From Dendrobates tinctorius (lineage: Eukaryota): a stretch of 64,000 nt of DNA. A program made the translations under genes and the position numbers. The notes under the pieces were generated by a model. That model did not search any database and was not told the DNA's origin. It worked only from the letters and a program-made list of their open reading frames with translations. Where the stretch lies: assembly GCF_039654945.1 (NCBI RefSeq), contig NW_027361722.1, forward strand, positions 4,712,001-4,776,000. Reading direction: 5' to 3'. Each line of letters begins with the position of its first letter. Positions within the stretch are counted from its first letter, which is position 1. Below, in pieces: positions 47,428-59,277 of this stretch.

Positions 47428-50400
47428 TGTCATGATCACGTGTGTCAGGACGCAGATGATGTCGCAAGGCGAACCCATAACACACGTGACCCTGGATACA
47501 CCGCCTCCAGTGGGGCGAATTTAAATAATAAAGCGTGCAGGTGGATACGCCGCCTCCACCTGGCGGATTTAGGTATTACACGCCATGCATACATATATCT
47601 GGAAACACCGCCTCCAGTAAGGCGCATTTAAATAATAAATGGGGGAACCTGGGTAACTTTAACAATGGTGGGCCCTGCGATAGGGAATGGGGGACGTGGA
47701 GACCTCCTAAGCTCCCCTGAGCCAGTGTCCCTGCACTCCTTACATCCCCTAAACAGGCTCCGCACCTGTCGCCGCACGCGTACCTTAACGCCCTTGCTCA
47801 CCCTGACCCTAAACCCTCACTAGGGAATGGGTCGGTGCGGAGACTAATCCCACCACTGCACTAATAACACACATGAGGAAAGAGACAATACAGGGGAAAC
47901 ACCACTTAGCTTTGCTCTGTTGCGTGCGCTCCTAGCAACAGAGCCCTCCACCTGAGTGCATCTTCTCCTCCACCTGGATCCATCACCATAACGGGATCCT
48001 TCACCTTAGTGCAGCCTTGGAGCAGAGTCCAACACCAGTTGCAGCTGCTTAGTACCAGAGTCCCAAGGAAGTGTTCAGCTTCTGCCACGAAGTCAAGCAT
48101 GCTTGAGTCCAGCTCAGCGGCCAAGTCCCACATGGTGAGTGCCACTCTCCATAGTAGCCACTCCACCAGGCCATGCAGACACTTCCCGCTGACTCCATCA
48201 CTGCGACCCCACCACGCCATGCGAGCCCTTCGTCCAGACACCATAGCTGCAACACGTCCCCCCTGGCTAAGCTGCGCAGGACTCCTCACCAGCTCCATAC
48301 TTCCTCCAGGCTCTCCCACACAAAGTGAAAGCAATCTCACAATATCACAGGCAGTGATTGAACACCCTGAGCACACCTTTATAGGGTGTCACACCTGATC
48401 CATAATTAAGTGAACATTAACCTAAACCTAAGGTGCGATACCATTCCCCACCACCGGGCAACTTAGAATGAACGACACCACGTGATAATTCTAATGGCCA
48501 CCGAGGGCAATCACGACACACTTTGGAACCAAAGGAAAAAAAGTTCACTTAATGCATTTAATACCGCCAGATCCAACACAGGATCATGACAGTACCCCCT
48601 CCTTAATGAGGGGCCTCTGGACCCTCAAGACCACCCCTCATTAGGGAAACACCCACAGCGGGGACACCCAGACCCTGAGTTCACCCCACCATTACCTGAC
48701 ACTTCAGATTTATGACAAACGCACCGCTGATATTGGCAATAAAGTTCCTTTTGGAGGCACCACTCATCTCCACAGCGCCGACCTGGGGAACGAGTTAATG
48801 TATGTGTATGTTTGCTCAGAGCTGATCAGACTCCACAACACATTTCCACAAGATGTTTTTTGGTGGCACACATACACGCTCGTTCACACACAGGTCCGGA
48901 CCTGAACGTTTATTGCACACATACATTTGTCATTTTTTGGTGAACTCACTCTGAACTAGACAGCAGAGGCGTCCCCCTGTGTCACCACACTCACACCCCC
49001 GCTATTCACCAAGGGACACCACCCTCCAACCCTTTCACCATGAGGACTGCGCCTCCTAGGGTTGGTTAATGGCGAGGGTAGAGATTTGTCCCTACTCCCC
49101 CGCAGCACACCTGCTGCACACACCAGGAGGAGAAGGGGACGGGAAATGGAGGAAATATACACTCGCTGGTCACCTCCACACGACCAGGAGGGCGGCTTCT
49201 TCGATGGTATGAAGATTTGGCGTAAAACCCCGCGGACTATCACACCAGTCAGCTCACCACAGGGGCGTACCCCTTCACCTCAGGGAATACCAGGCAGCTC
49301 CGTGGGGCACCATTCCTCCCACCTGCCTGGGTGCGCCCGCCTGCATGAACCAGTCCTGCTCCCCAGCAGCGACTCTAGGGGGTTTTAGTACCATAGCCGC
49401 AGGAATATGGAGGAAAATATATATATACTCGCTGGTCGCCTCCACACGACCAGGAGGGGCGGCATCGAAGATTTGGCATGAGCCCCGCGGACTATTCACC
49501 AATCTGCTCACTACAGGGACGTACCCCTTCACCTCAGGGAATACCAGGCAGCTCCATGGGGCACCATTCCTCCCACCTGCCTGGGTGCGTCCCCTGTAAG
49601 AGCAAGTCCCGCTCCCCAGCAGCGACTACACACCTAGTCTGCTCACCACAGGGATGTACCCCTTCACCTCGGGGAATACCAGGCAGCTCCGTGGGGCACC
49701 ATTCCTCCCACCTGCCTGGGTACCTCCCCGTGCGAGAGCAAGTCCCGCTCCCCAGCAGCGACTCTAAGGGCTTTTGCCAGACCGCAGCCGCCATTTTTTT
49801 TTTTCTCTGGTTATCTAAGCAGAGGCCCCAGACTGTGATAACTGCTGCTGCAGCGGCTCTAAACACCTTGCCGCTCCCCACTCACATCAGTGAGGCCCGG
49901 CAGCAATTACTCAGCGGTCTCCACATGGCCAAAGCTCACCAGAAAAAAAAAACTGTAGGGCCTGTGATAATGTCATGATCACGTGTGTCAGGACGCAGAT
50001 GATGTCGCAAGGCGAACCCATAACACACGTGACCCTGGATACACCGCCTCCAGTGGGGCAAATTTAAATAATAAAGCGTGCAGGTGGATACGCCGCCTCC
50101 ACCTGGCGGATTTAGGTATTACACACCATGCATACATATATCTGGAAACACCGCCTCCAGTAAGGCGCATTTAAATAATAAAGGGGGGAACCTGGGTAAC
50201 TTTAACAATGGTGGGCCCTGCGATAGGGAATGGGGGACGTGGAGACCTCCTAAGCTCCCCTGAGCCAGTGTCCCTGCACTCCTTACATTCCCTAAACAGG
50301 CTCCGCACCTGTCGCCGCACGCGTACCTTAACGCCCTTGCTCACCCTGACCCTAAACCCTCACTAGGGAATGGGTCGGTGCGGAGACTAATCCCACCACT

Positions 50401-51134
50401 GCACTAATAACACACATGAGGAAAGAGACAATACAGGGGAAACACCACTTAGCTTTGCTCTGTTGCGTGCGCTCCTAGCAACAGAGCCCTCCACCTGAGT
50501 GCATCTTCTCCTCCACCTGGATCCATCACCATAACGGGATCCTTCACCCTAGTGCAGCCTTGGAGCAGAGTCCAACACCAGTTGCAGCTGCTTAGTACCA
50601 GAGTCCCAAGGAAGTGTTCAGCTTCTGCCACGAAGTCAAGCATGCTTGAGTCCAGCTCAGCGGCCAAGTCCCACATGGTGAGTGCCACTCTCCATAGTAG
50701 CCACTCCACCAGCCCATGCAGACACTTCCCGCTGACTCCATCACTGCGACCCCACCACGCCATGCGAGCCCTTTGTCCAGACACCATAGCTGCAACACGT
50801 CCCCCCTGGCTAAGCTGCGCAGGACTCCTCACCAGCTCCATCCTTCCTCCAGGCTCTCCCACACAAAGTGAAAGCAATCTCACAATATCACAGGCAGTGA
50901 TTGAACACCCTGAGCACACCTTTATAGGGTGTCACACCTGATCCATAATTAAGTGAACATTAACCTAAACCTAAGGTGCGATACCATTCCCCACCACCGG
51001 GCAACTTAGAATGAACGACACCACGTGATAATTCTAATGGCCACCGGGGGCAATCACGACACACTTTGGAACCAAAGGAAAAAAAGTTCACTTAATGCAT
51101 TTAATACCGCCAGATCCAACACAGGATCATGACA
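47428..51134 (-). mobile_element. Non-autonomous Ty3/Gypsy (sushi/chromovirus-like) LTR retrotransposon
   Basis: Two 1164-bp LTRs (47428-48591 and 49971-51134), TGTCATGATC...GATCATGACA, 5-bp TSD ACTGT. PPT AAGGAGGGGGTAC on - at 48592-48604; self-priming PBS at 49960-49969. The 1.38-kb interior has no recognisable pol. Confidence 0.92.
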
Positions 51135-53416
51135 ACTGTGGGGACATCATACTGTGTGTGTGGGGGAATGTACTGTGGGACATCATACTGTGTGTGGGGG
51201 AATGTACTGTGGAGACATCATACTGTGTGTGGGGGAATGTACTGTGGGGACATCATACTGTGTGTGGGGGAATGTACTGTGGGGACATCATACTGTGTGT
51301 GGGGGAATGTACTGTGGGGACATCATACTGTGTGTGGGGGAATGTACTGTGGGGACATCATACTCTGTGTGGGGGAATGTACTGTGGAGACATCATACTG
51401 TGTGTGGGGGAATGTACTGTGGGGACATCATACTGTGTGTGGGGGAATGTACTGTGAGGACATAATACTGTGTGTGGAGGAATGTACTGTGGGGACATCA
51501 CACTGTGTGGGGGGAATGTGCTGTGGAGACATCGTACTGTGTGTGGGGGAATGTACTGTGGGAGATCATACTCTGTGTGGGGGAATGTACTGTGGGGACA
51601 TCATACTGTGTGTGGGGGAATGTACTGTGGGGACATCATACTGTGTGTGTGGGGGAATGTACTGTGGGGACATCATACTGTGTGTGGGGGAATGTACTGT
51701 GGGGACATCATACTGTGTGTGGGGGAATGTACTGTGGGACAACATACTGTGTGTGGGGGAATGTACTTTGGGGACATCATACTGTGTGTGGGGGAATGTA
51801 CTGTGGGAACATCATACTGTGTGTGGAGGAATGTACTGTGGGGACATCATACTGTGTGTGGAGGAATGTACTGTGGGGACATCATACTGTGTGTGGAGGA
51901 ATGTACTGTGGGGACATCATACTGTGTGGGGGGAATGTACTGTGGGGACATCATACTGTGTGTGGGGAATGTACTGTGGGACATCATACTGTGTGTGGGG
52001 GAATGTACTGTGGGGACATCATACTGTGTGTGGGGGAATGTACTGTGGGGACATCATACTGTGTGTGTGGGGGAATGTACTGTGGGGACATCATACTCTG
52101 TGTGGGGGAATGTACTGTGGAGACATCATACTGTGTGTGTGGGGGAATGTACTGTGGGACATCATACTGTGTGGGGGGGAATGTACTGTGGGGACATCAT
52201 ACTCTTTGTGGGGGAATGTACTGTGGAGACATCATACTGTGTGTGGGGGAATGTACTGTGGGGACATCATACTGTGTGTGGGGGAATGTACTGTGAGGAC
52301 ATAATACTGTGTGTGGGGGAATGTACGGTGGGAACATCATACTGTGTGTGGAGGAATGTACTGTGGGGACATCACACTGTGTGGGGGGAATGTACTGTGG
52401 AGACATCGTACTGTGTGTGGGGGAATGTACAGTGGGACATCATACTCTGTGTGGGGGAATGTACTGTGGGGACATCATACTGTGTGTGGGGGAATGTACT
52501 GTGGGGATATCATACTGTGTGTGGGGGAATGTACTGTGGGACATCATACTGTGTGTGGGGGAATGTACTGTGGGGACATCATACTGTGTGTGGGGGGAAT
52601 GTACTGTGAGGACATCATACTGTGTGTGGGGGAATGTACTGTGAGGACATCATACTGTGTGGGGGGGAATGTACTGTGGGAGAATCATACTGTGTGGGGG
52701 GAATGTACTGTGGGGACATCATACTGTGTGTGGAGGGAATGTACTGTGGGGACATCATACTGTGTGTGAGGGAGAATGTACTGTGAGGACATCATACTGT
52801 GTGTGTGGGGGAATGTACTGTGGGGACATCATACTGTGTGTGTGGGGGAATGTACACTGTATGCAGAATTATTAGGCAAGTTGTATTTGAGAGGATTTTT
52901 TTTATTATTGAACAACAACTATGTTCTCAATCAACCCAAAAGACTCAAATATCAAAGCTTAATATTTTTGGAAGTTGGAGTGGGTTGTTTTTAGATTTGG
53001 CTATCTTAGGAGGATATCTGTTTGTGCAGGTAACTATTACTGTGCAGATTTATTAGGCAACTTAATAAAAACCAAATATATACCTATCTCACTTGTTTAT
53101 TTTCACCAGGTAAACCAATATAACACAAAATTTAGAAATAAACATTTCTGACATTCAAAAGCAAAACGAAAAAAAAAATCGGTGACCAATATAGCCACCT
53201 TTCTTTACAATGACACTCACCTTCCATCCATCCATAGATTCTGTCAGTTGCTTGATCTGTTTACGATCAACATTGCGTGCAGCAGCCTCCACAGCCTCCC
53301 AGACACTGTTCCGAGAGGTGTACTGTTTTCCCTCCCTGTAGATCTCACATTTTATGAGGGAACACAGGTTCTCTATGGAGTTCAGATCAGGTGAACAAGG
53401 GGGCCATGTCATTATT

Positions 53417-56400
53417 TTTCTCTAGTCACTTTCCACGACAGCCACCTTGGAGGTTGTCTCCCCGCCCTAATAGGGGACAGGAACACAAAGAGGTTAAATA
53501 ACCCTCCCCTTCCTGCTACCTTAGTGTTTTTCCTGTCCCCTATCGGGGCATGAAGAGGTTACAAGGGGCTGCCGTAGCCAGTGAGCGGAGCCCCTATGTA
53601 CTCACAGCTGGGCAGCCAAGGTCGGGGGGTTTGCCTCTCCTCCTCCAAGCGCTGCTCCCGCTTCCACCGCTGGTGTGACTCGGGACGTCGGCCGCTCCTC
53701 CCGCGCCCTCCGGGGTAAAGCGGGGCGGTATGGTGCCTGCCGGGGTCCTGCAGCAGCTCCCCGGCTTCCTCCTTCCTCCCACGCTGTAATGGAGGCCGCG
53801 CACGTCTGAGGGGGCGGGCAGTAGATCGGAAGGGACGGTGGCGCGCACTTCCAGTTTGCGTTCCCCGGGCGTTCCTGTGATGGGAAACGCGCGCCGGCAC
53901 CTGGGAAAGGGATCCGAGCACAGCGGGGGTCGAGCGATGGTTCCTCCCCAGGGACAAGGGGAAGGAGGAGCACCCAGCAACGAACGCAGCAACACCCAAA
54001 TAAGGGTGCCACGGCTCCAAGGTAAGCGCAGTGTATCTGTGGTGTGTACAGACACGGATGGTGAGAAGCCCTCGACTGCAGCATCTGCGGAGCCCAGCGT
54101 TCCCCCTCCTACAGTTAGTAGCAGGGCCGGTCCCTTGTCTGTCAAAATTGGTGGCACAGGTCTGAGTAAGCCTTCTCTTGCTTCTTACAGGAAGACAAGG
54201 CCTCTGCCCCTAGAAACCCCCGCAAATGTGGTATATGTGGTGCCAGGTTTCCTTCTGACTATAAGAAGAAGTTATGCCAACCTTGTACGCAGAATATCCT
54301 GCGTACCGAGCAACCCTCCCTATTTGACAGCATAAAGACTCTCATTAGACAGAAGGTTCAGACCTTCATGGCAGCCCAGACCCCGGTGGCTCAGGGCCCT
54401 CCCCCAAAAAAGAGGAAAAGGGCACCTACGGAAGCCGACTCAGATTCAGGAGAAGTCCGTTCCTCAGGATCGGAGGATATTTGGGTGGAGGAGTTGGTCT
54501 CCATGGTAAGAAATACCATGGGAGTGGAGGAGGAGGTCAAGCTCTCAGTCCAGGATGAGATGTTTGGGGGGTTGAAACCCAGGGGTAGAAAGGGTTTCCC
54601 GGTTCATGAAGTTATACAGGACCTAATAGCTCAGGAGTGGTCCTCCCCCGAGAAGGCACTCACTGTGCCCTCTGAGCTAAAAAATCGGTTTCCCCTAGAA
54701 GGTGACAATTCTGTTTGGGAGATCCCTAAGATAGACGTTCAAGTCTCTAAAGAAAACTAAGAAAACGTCCCTGCCCTTTGAGGATGCTTCCCAATTGAAG
54801 GATCCTATGGATCGCAAAATAGAAAGTCACCTCAAAAAGTCCTGGGGAGCTTATATGAACCTGCTCAAAGCAAATATTGCATCCACCTGCGTAGCCAGAT
54901 CTTTGTTCTTCTGGCTGCGTACGTTGGAAGACCACCTATCAGGGGGTACCCCCAGAGATGAAATCTTAGACTCCCTGTCAATCCTCCAAAAGGCAACAGG
55001 TTATTTAGCCGATGCTTCAGGAGAAACGGTACGGGTAGCAGCAAGGTCCCTAGTCCCTCGTCGCTCCATCGGTAACCCGACTGAACCAGGACGTATCGAA
55101 AGCCCTACGGATACTCGAGACCCTAGGGTGGATTCTGAATCTCCAGAAATCGGCCCTCTATCCTTCCCCGAAGAAAAAATTCCTGGGGATCCTCTTAGAT
55201 TCAGAGAAGAGGACGTCCTTTCTTCCCGAGGATCGTCAGGCAGACCTTCGGCAGAGAATAATTCGGTTCAGGGACCAAAGGGCACCGACGCTGAGGGACG
55301 CCATGTCTATCCTGGGTTCCCTGACATCGTGCATTCAGGCGGTATCCTGGGCACAAGCTCACACGCAAGTCCTCCAGTCATACGTCCTGGTAAACGCAAG
55401 TGTGGCGACCCCAGGGGTATGGTCGCCACACTGGCTTTGCCTTCCTCCAGGGGAGGGTAATGCCAGGCTTGGAAGCAGTGATGGGTCTCTCCAGCAGTTA
55501 ACCTAATGCATGCAACACAGTTCCACTCCGGGCCAGCAGGGGGAACTCTGAACCAGGATTCTGGAAAGGGGTGTCCTCTGAGGGCCAGGAGGGAAAGAGT
55601 TCAGATAGTCTGCGGAGGGTGAAGTGTGCAAACGGGAGGTGCGAAGCTGAGAGGTTGAGCTGCGGAAGGCGAGCTCCCTCAGCTTGAGAGCGCACAGAAC
55701 TGGAGCCTGGTCTCCACGGTGGTACGGATACTGACGGTCCTACCACAGATACCAGAGGAGTAGGAGACTGTAAATGCCCTGCTCCCAGCAAAGACTTGGG
55801 ACACAACAGCAATTGACTAGTGAGCCAGGACTCAGGAGAGGAGTCCCCGAGAGAGGCTACAGCTGTCTGTCATACAAGTAAAGTTCTAGGAACATCTGAA
55901 GAGAGGCATTTCAGAGTAACTAAGTACTGGAGTGCTTCACACTACAAAGCCCTAGGAAGGATACTGCACAGCCCTTCTGCTGAGAGAGAATCCTGATCTG
56001 CTTCCAGGCTAACCTGCTCCAATACCATCTGTAATCAGGACTCTGGACTGCATATACTCAGTAAAGGTACAGAAACTACAACCGCTGTGTCTTGTCTGTT
56101 CACTACGCTTTCGGCACTGCTACATCCCCATGCCAGCTACATCTACACTGCCCTGGGACTACAGCTCCACCTGTGGGGAGCTTTACCATCTAAGCTGCAC
56201 ATACCATCAGTCCCAGTGGATCTGTATGCAGCGTTGGCCTAACACCATATTTTCCAAACACCACGGGTGGCATCACGAACTATCTTACCATTAACTACAT
56301 CTCCCCATTGCTTGGGCGCCCAGGGCCACGGACCGGGTCACCGCTGCTGTGACACATCCCCCTGACACCGGCCTGGTACCGAGTACCCCACAGCCCTGGG

Positions 56401-58662
56401 AGGGCAAACTACAAGGAAGTACCCAAACAACCTATCAAGAAAGGTTCCACTTCCAGGACACGTAAAATCGGCCCTCTTGTGGCTGAACTACCGGAACTTG
56501 AGACGAGGAGTAAGCTGGGATCAGTTGCCTCTGAAGATATTATGTACCGATGCCAGTCTGAGAGGCTGGGGAGCCGTGGTCGAGGATTCATACTTCCAGG
56601 GACGGTGGCCCCAGGACATAAGATCCAGATCCTCAAACCTAAGGGAATTGATGGCAGTGGAAGAATCACTGAAAGCCGCATCTGCCCTTATCAGGAACCA
56701 TCACGTTCGGATATACTCCGACAACGTGACCACGGTGGCATATCTCACACCAGGGGGGCACGAAGTACGCCAGTCTAAAGAGGGTGGCAACAAGAATCTT
56801 CCTCTGGGCAGAGAAACACCTGTTATCTATTTCCACGCGGGGTCAGAAAACATTCAGGCGGACTTCCTGAGCAGGAAGGACGTCCATCCAGGAGAATGGT
56901 GTCTGAACCTGGAAGTCTTACAGGCTATAGCCTTGAGATGCGGAAACCCAGAGGTCGACCTATTTGCAAGTGCGCAAAATGCAAAAGCGACAACCTGTTT
57001 CTCCCTCAGTCACACGCACGGAGCTCGGGGGACGGATGCATTCGCCCATCCATGGGCCTTCAGACTGGCCTACGCTTTTCCCCCAATCCCTATGCTGGCA
57101 AGAACGTTACAAAAGATCAGAGCAGACAAGGTCACGACAATCCTGGTGGCTCCTATGTGGCCGGGACGAAGCTGATACAGCGCTCTGTTAGACATGGCCC
57201 AGGAAGGTCCCTTGCTCTTACCCAAAAAGACCGACCTCCTCTTTCAAGGTCCCTTACTGGAACCCAAACCCCACCAAGTTATGTCTAGCAGCTTGGTTAT
57301 TGAGGCCGACATTCTAAAGGCCAAAGGGCTATCGGATGAAGTTATCCGAACCCTTCAAAAAAGTAGAAAGCCGGTAACAAAACGCAATTTATAGCAAAAT
57401 ATGGAAAAAATTTTGCTCCTGGTGCCTTCCGGGGGGCCCTGACCCCACCCATCCCAATATTGCCCAGGTACTAGATTTCCTACAAAAAGGGTTAGATCTA
57501 GGACTCACCCCAAGCACATTAAGTGTGCAGGTATCTGCCCTTTGCTCCTTTTTTGACCAAGACCTAGCCAAACACCGCTGGGTAAAGCGATTCATGACCG
57601 CGGCAGGCAGAATTCGCCCTTTGCTCCCTAATCGGGTTTCCCCTGGGATCCTAATTTAGTACTCAATAGCCTAACACAGGCTCCGTTTGAGCCCCTGTCA
57701 GAAATTCCATTAAAAATTCTCACACTCAAAACAGTGTTTCTTGTGGCAATCACATCGGCTAGGCGGGTGGGGGAGCTACAGGCCCTGTCAGTACAGGAAC
57801 CATACCTCCTACTCAACTCGGACAGTATAGTGCTGCGCCTACATTAGACCCCGCCTTTATGCCCAAAGTGGTGTCAGACTTTCATAGAAGTCAGGATATC
57901 GTGTTGCCCTCATTTTTCCCAAATCCTTCTAATACGAAGGAAGGAAAATTCCATTCCTTGGATGTCCGCAGAGTGGTTCTCCATTACCTCGAATCAACCA
58001 GGGATTAGAGAATCAATCAGAACTTGTTCCTTCAATATTCAGGAAGGAATAAAGGGAAGAAAGTGGCAAAGAACAAGATAGCAGGTTGGATCAAGCAGTC
58101 CATCTCCCTGGCATATTCTTCAAGACATCTCTCTCCTCCCGAGTCGCTAAAAGCCCACTCCACTCGATCAGTCGCTACATCCTGGGCAGCAAGAGGAAAC
58201 GCGTCTTCGGAGCAGATAGGCAGAGCTGCCACCTGGTCCTCGAACACACCTTTACCAAACACTATAGACTGAATTTCAATAAGGATCTGACATTCGGCAG
58301 ACGCGTCCTGCAAGCCGTAGTCCCTCCGTAAAAAATTAACGTTGGCATGACTCCAAGGTGGCTGTCGTGGAAGGTGACTAGAGAAAATAGAATTAGACTT
58401 ACCGGTAATTCGGTTTCTAGGAACCTTCCACGACAGCACTAATTTCCCTCCCTGTATGATGTTTTTACCTGATGATTCCTGCTCTACTGGCGGTAACGGT
58501 TCATGCTAGTACATTCAGAAAAAACACTGAGGTAGCAGGAAGGGGAGGGTTATTTAACCTCTTTGTGTTACTGTCCCTTATTAGGGCGGGGAAACAACCT
58601 CCAAGGTGGCTGTCGTGGAAGGTTCCTAGAAACCGAATTACCGGTAAGTCTAATTCTATTTT
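53417..58662 (+). mobile_element. DIRS1-type tyrosine-recombinase retrotransposon, degenerate
   Basis: Left ITR about 53417-53532, right ITR plus extension about 58519-58662, ICR about 58352-58437. Gag-like 54170-55040, partial RT, RNase H (TDASLRGWG, SDNVT, ADFLSR), MT-like domain (DLFAS, YAFPP) and YR (SARRVGEL, HSTR, FTKHY). Inserted in a T-run with no TSD. Confidence 0.92.
55401..56413. mobile_element. Solo-LTR-like insertion inside the DIRS RT/RNase H region
   Basis: TGTGGCGACCCC...GGGCAAACTACA. DIRS coding sequence resumes afterwards (RKYPNNLSRKVPLP). A CAAG TSD is ambiguous. Confidence 0.6.
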
Positions 58663-59040
58663 TCTTCTTTTAGACCTTTACTGGCCAGCCACTCTGTGGA
58701 GTATTTGGATGCATGTGATGGAGCATTGTCCTGCATGAAAATCATGTTTTTCTTGAACTATATCAACTTCTTTCTGTACCACTGCTTGAAGAAGGTGTCT
58801 TCCAGAAACTGGCAGTAGGTTCGGGAGTTGAGCTTCACTCCATCCTCAACCCGAAAAGGTCCCACAAGTTCATCTTTGATGATACCAGCCCATACCAGTA
58901 CCCCACCTCCACCTTGCTGGTGTCTGAGTTGGAATGGAGCTCTCTGCCCTTTACTGATCCAGCCTCGGGCCCATCCATCTGGCCCATCAAGAGTCACTCT
59001 CATTTCATCAGTCCATAAAACCTTAGAAAAATCAGTCTTA

Positions 59041-59277
59041 GGGTGTGTGCACATGCTGCGGATTTTGCTGCGGATTGATCCGCGCGGATTTTGCAAAAAG
59101 ACCTGCGGTTTATCTGCGGATTAGCCTGCGGTTTTGCCCTGCGGTTTATCATCTCTACAATACAGGAGATGGTAAACCGCTGCAGAATCCGCAGAAAGAA
59201 TTGACAGCAAATCCGCGTGGAAAAATCTGCACCGTCTGCACTGCGGTTTTTGATTTCCATCCTATGTGCACACACCC
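59041..59277. mobile_element. Harbinger-type MITE inside the TRT transposase
   Basis: TIR GGGTGTGTGCACAT with TTA TSD; splits KKYLK|TDFSKVLW. Confidence 0.85.

Noticed and set aside
47906-50941. Duplicated 156-aa and 129-aa ORFs
   Set aside because: They lie within the two LTR copies and have no recognisable domain
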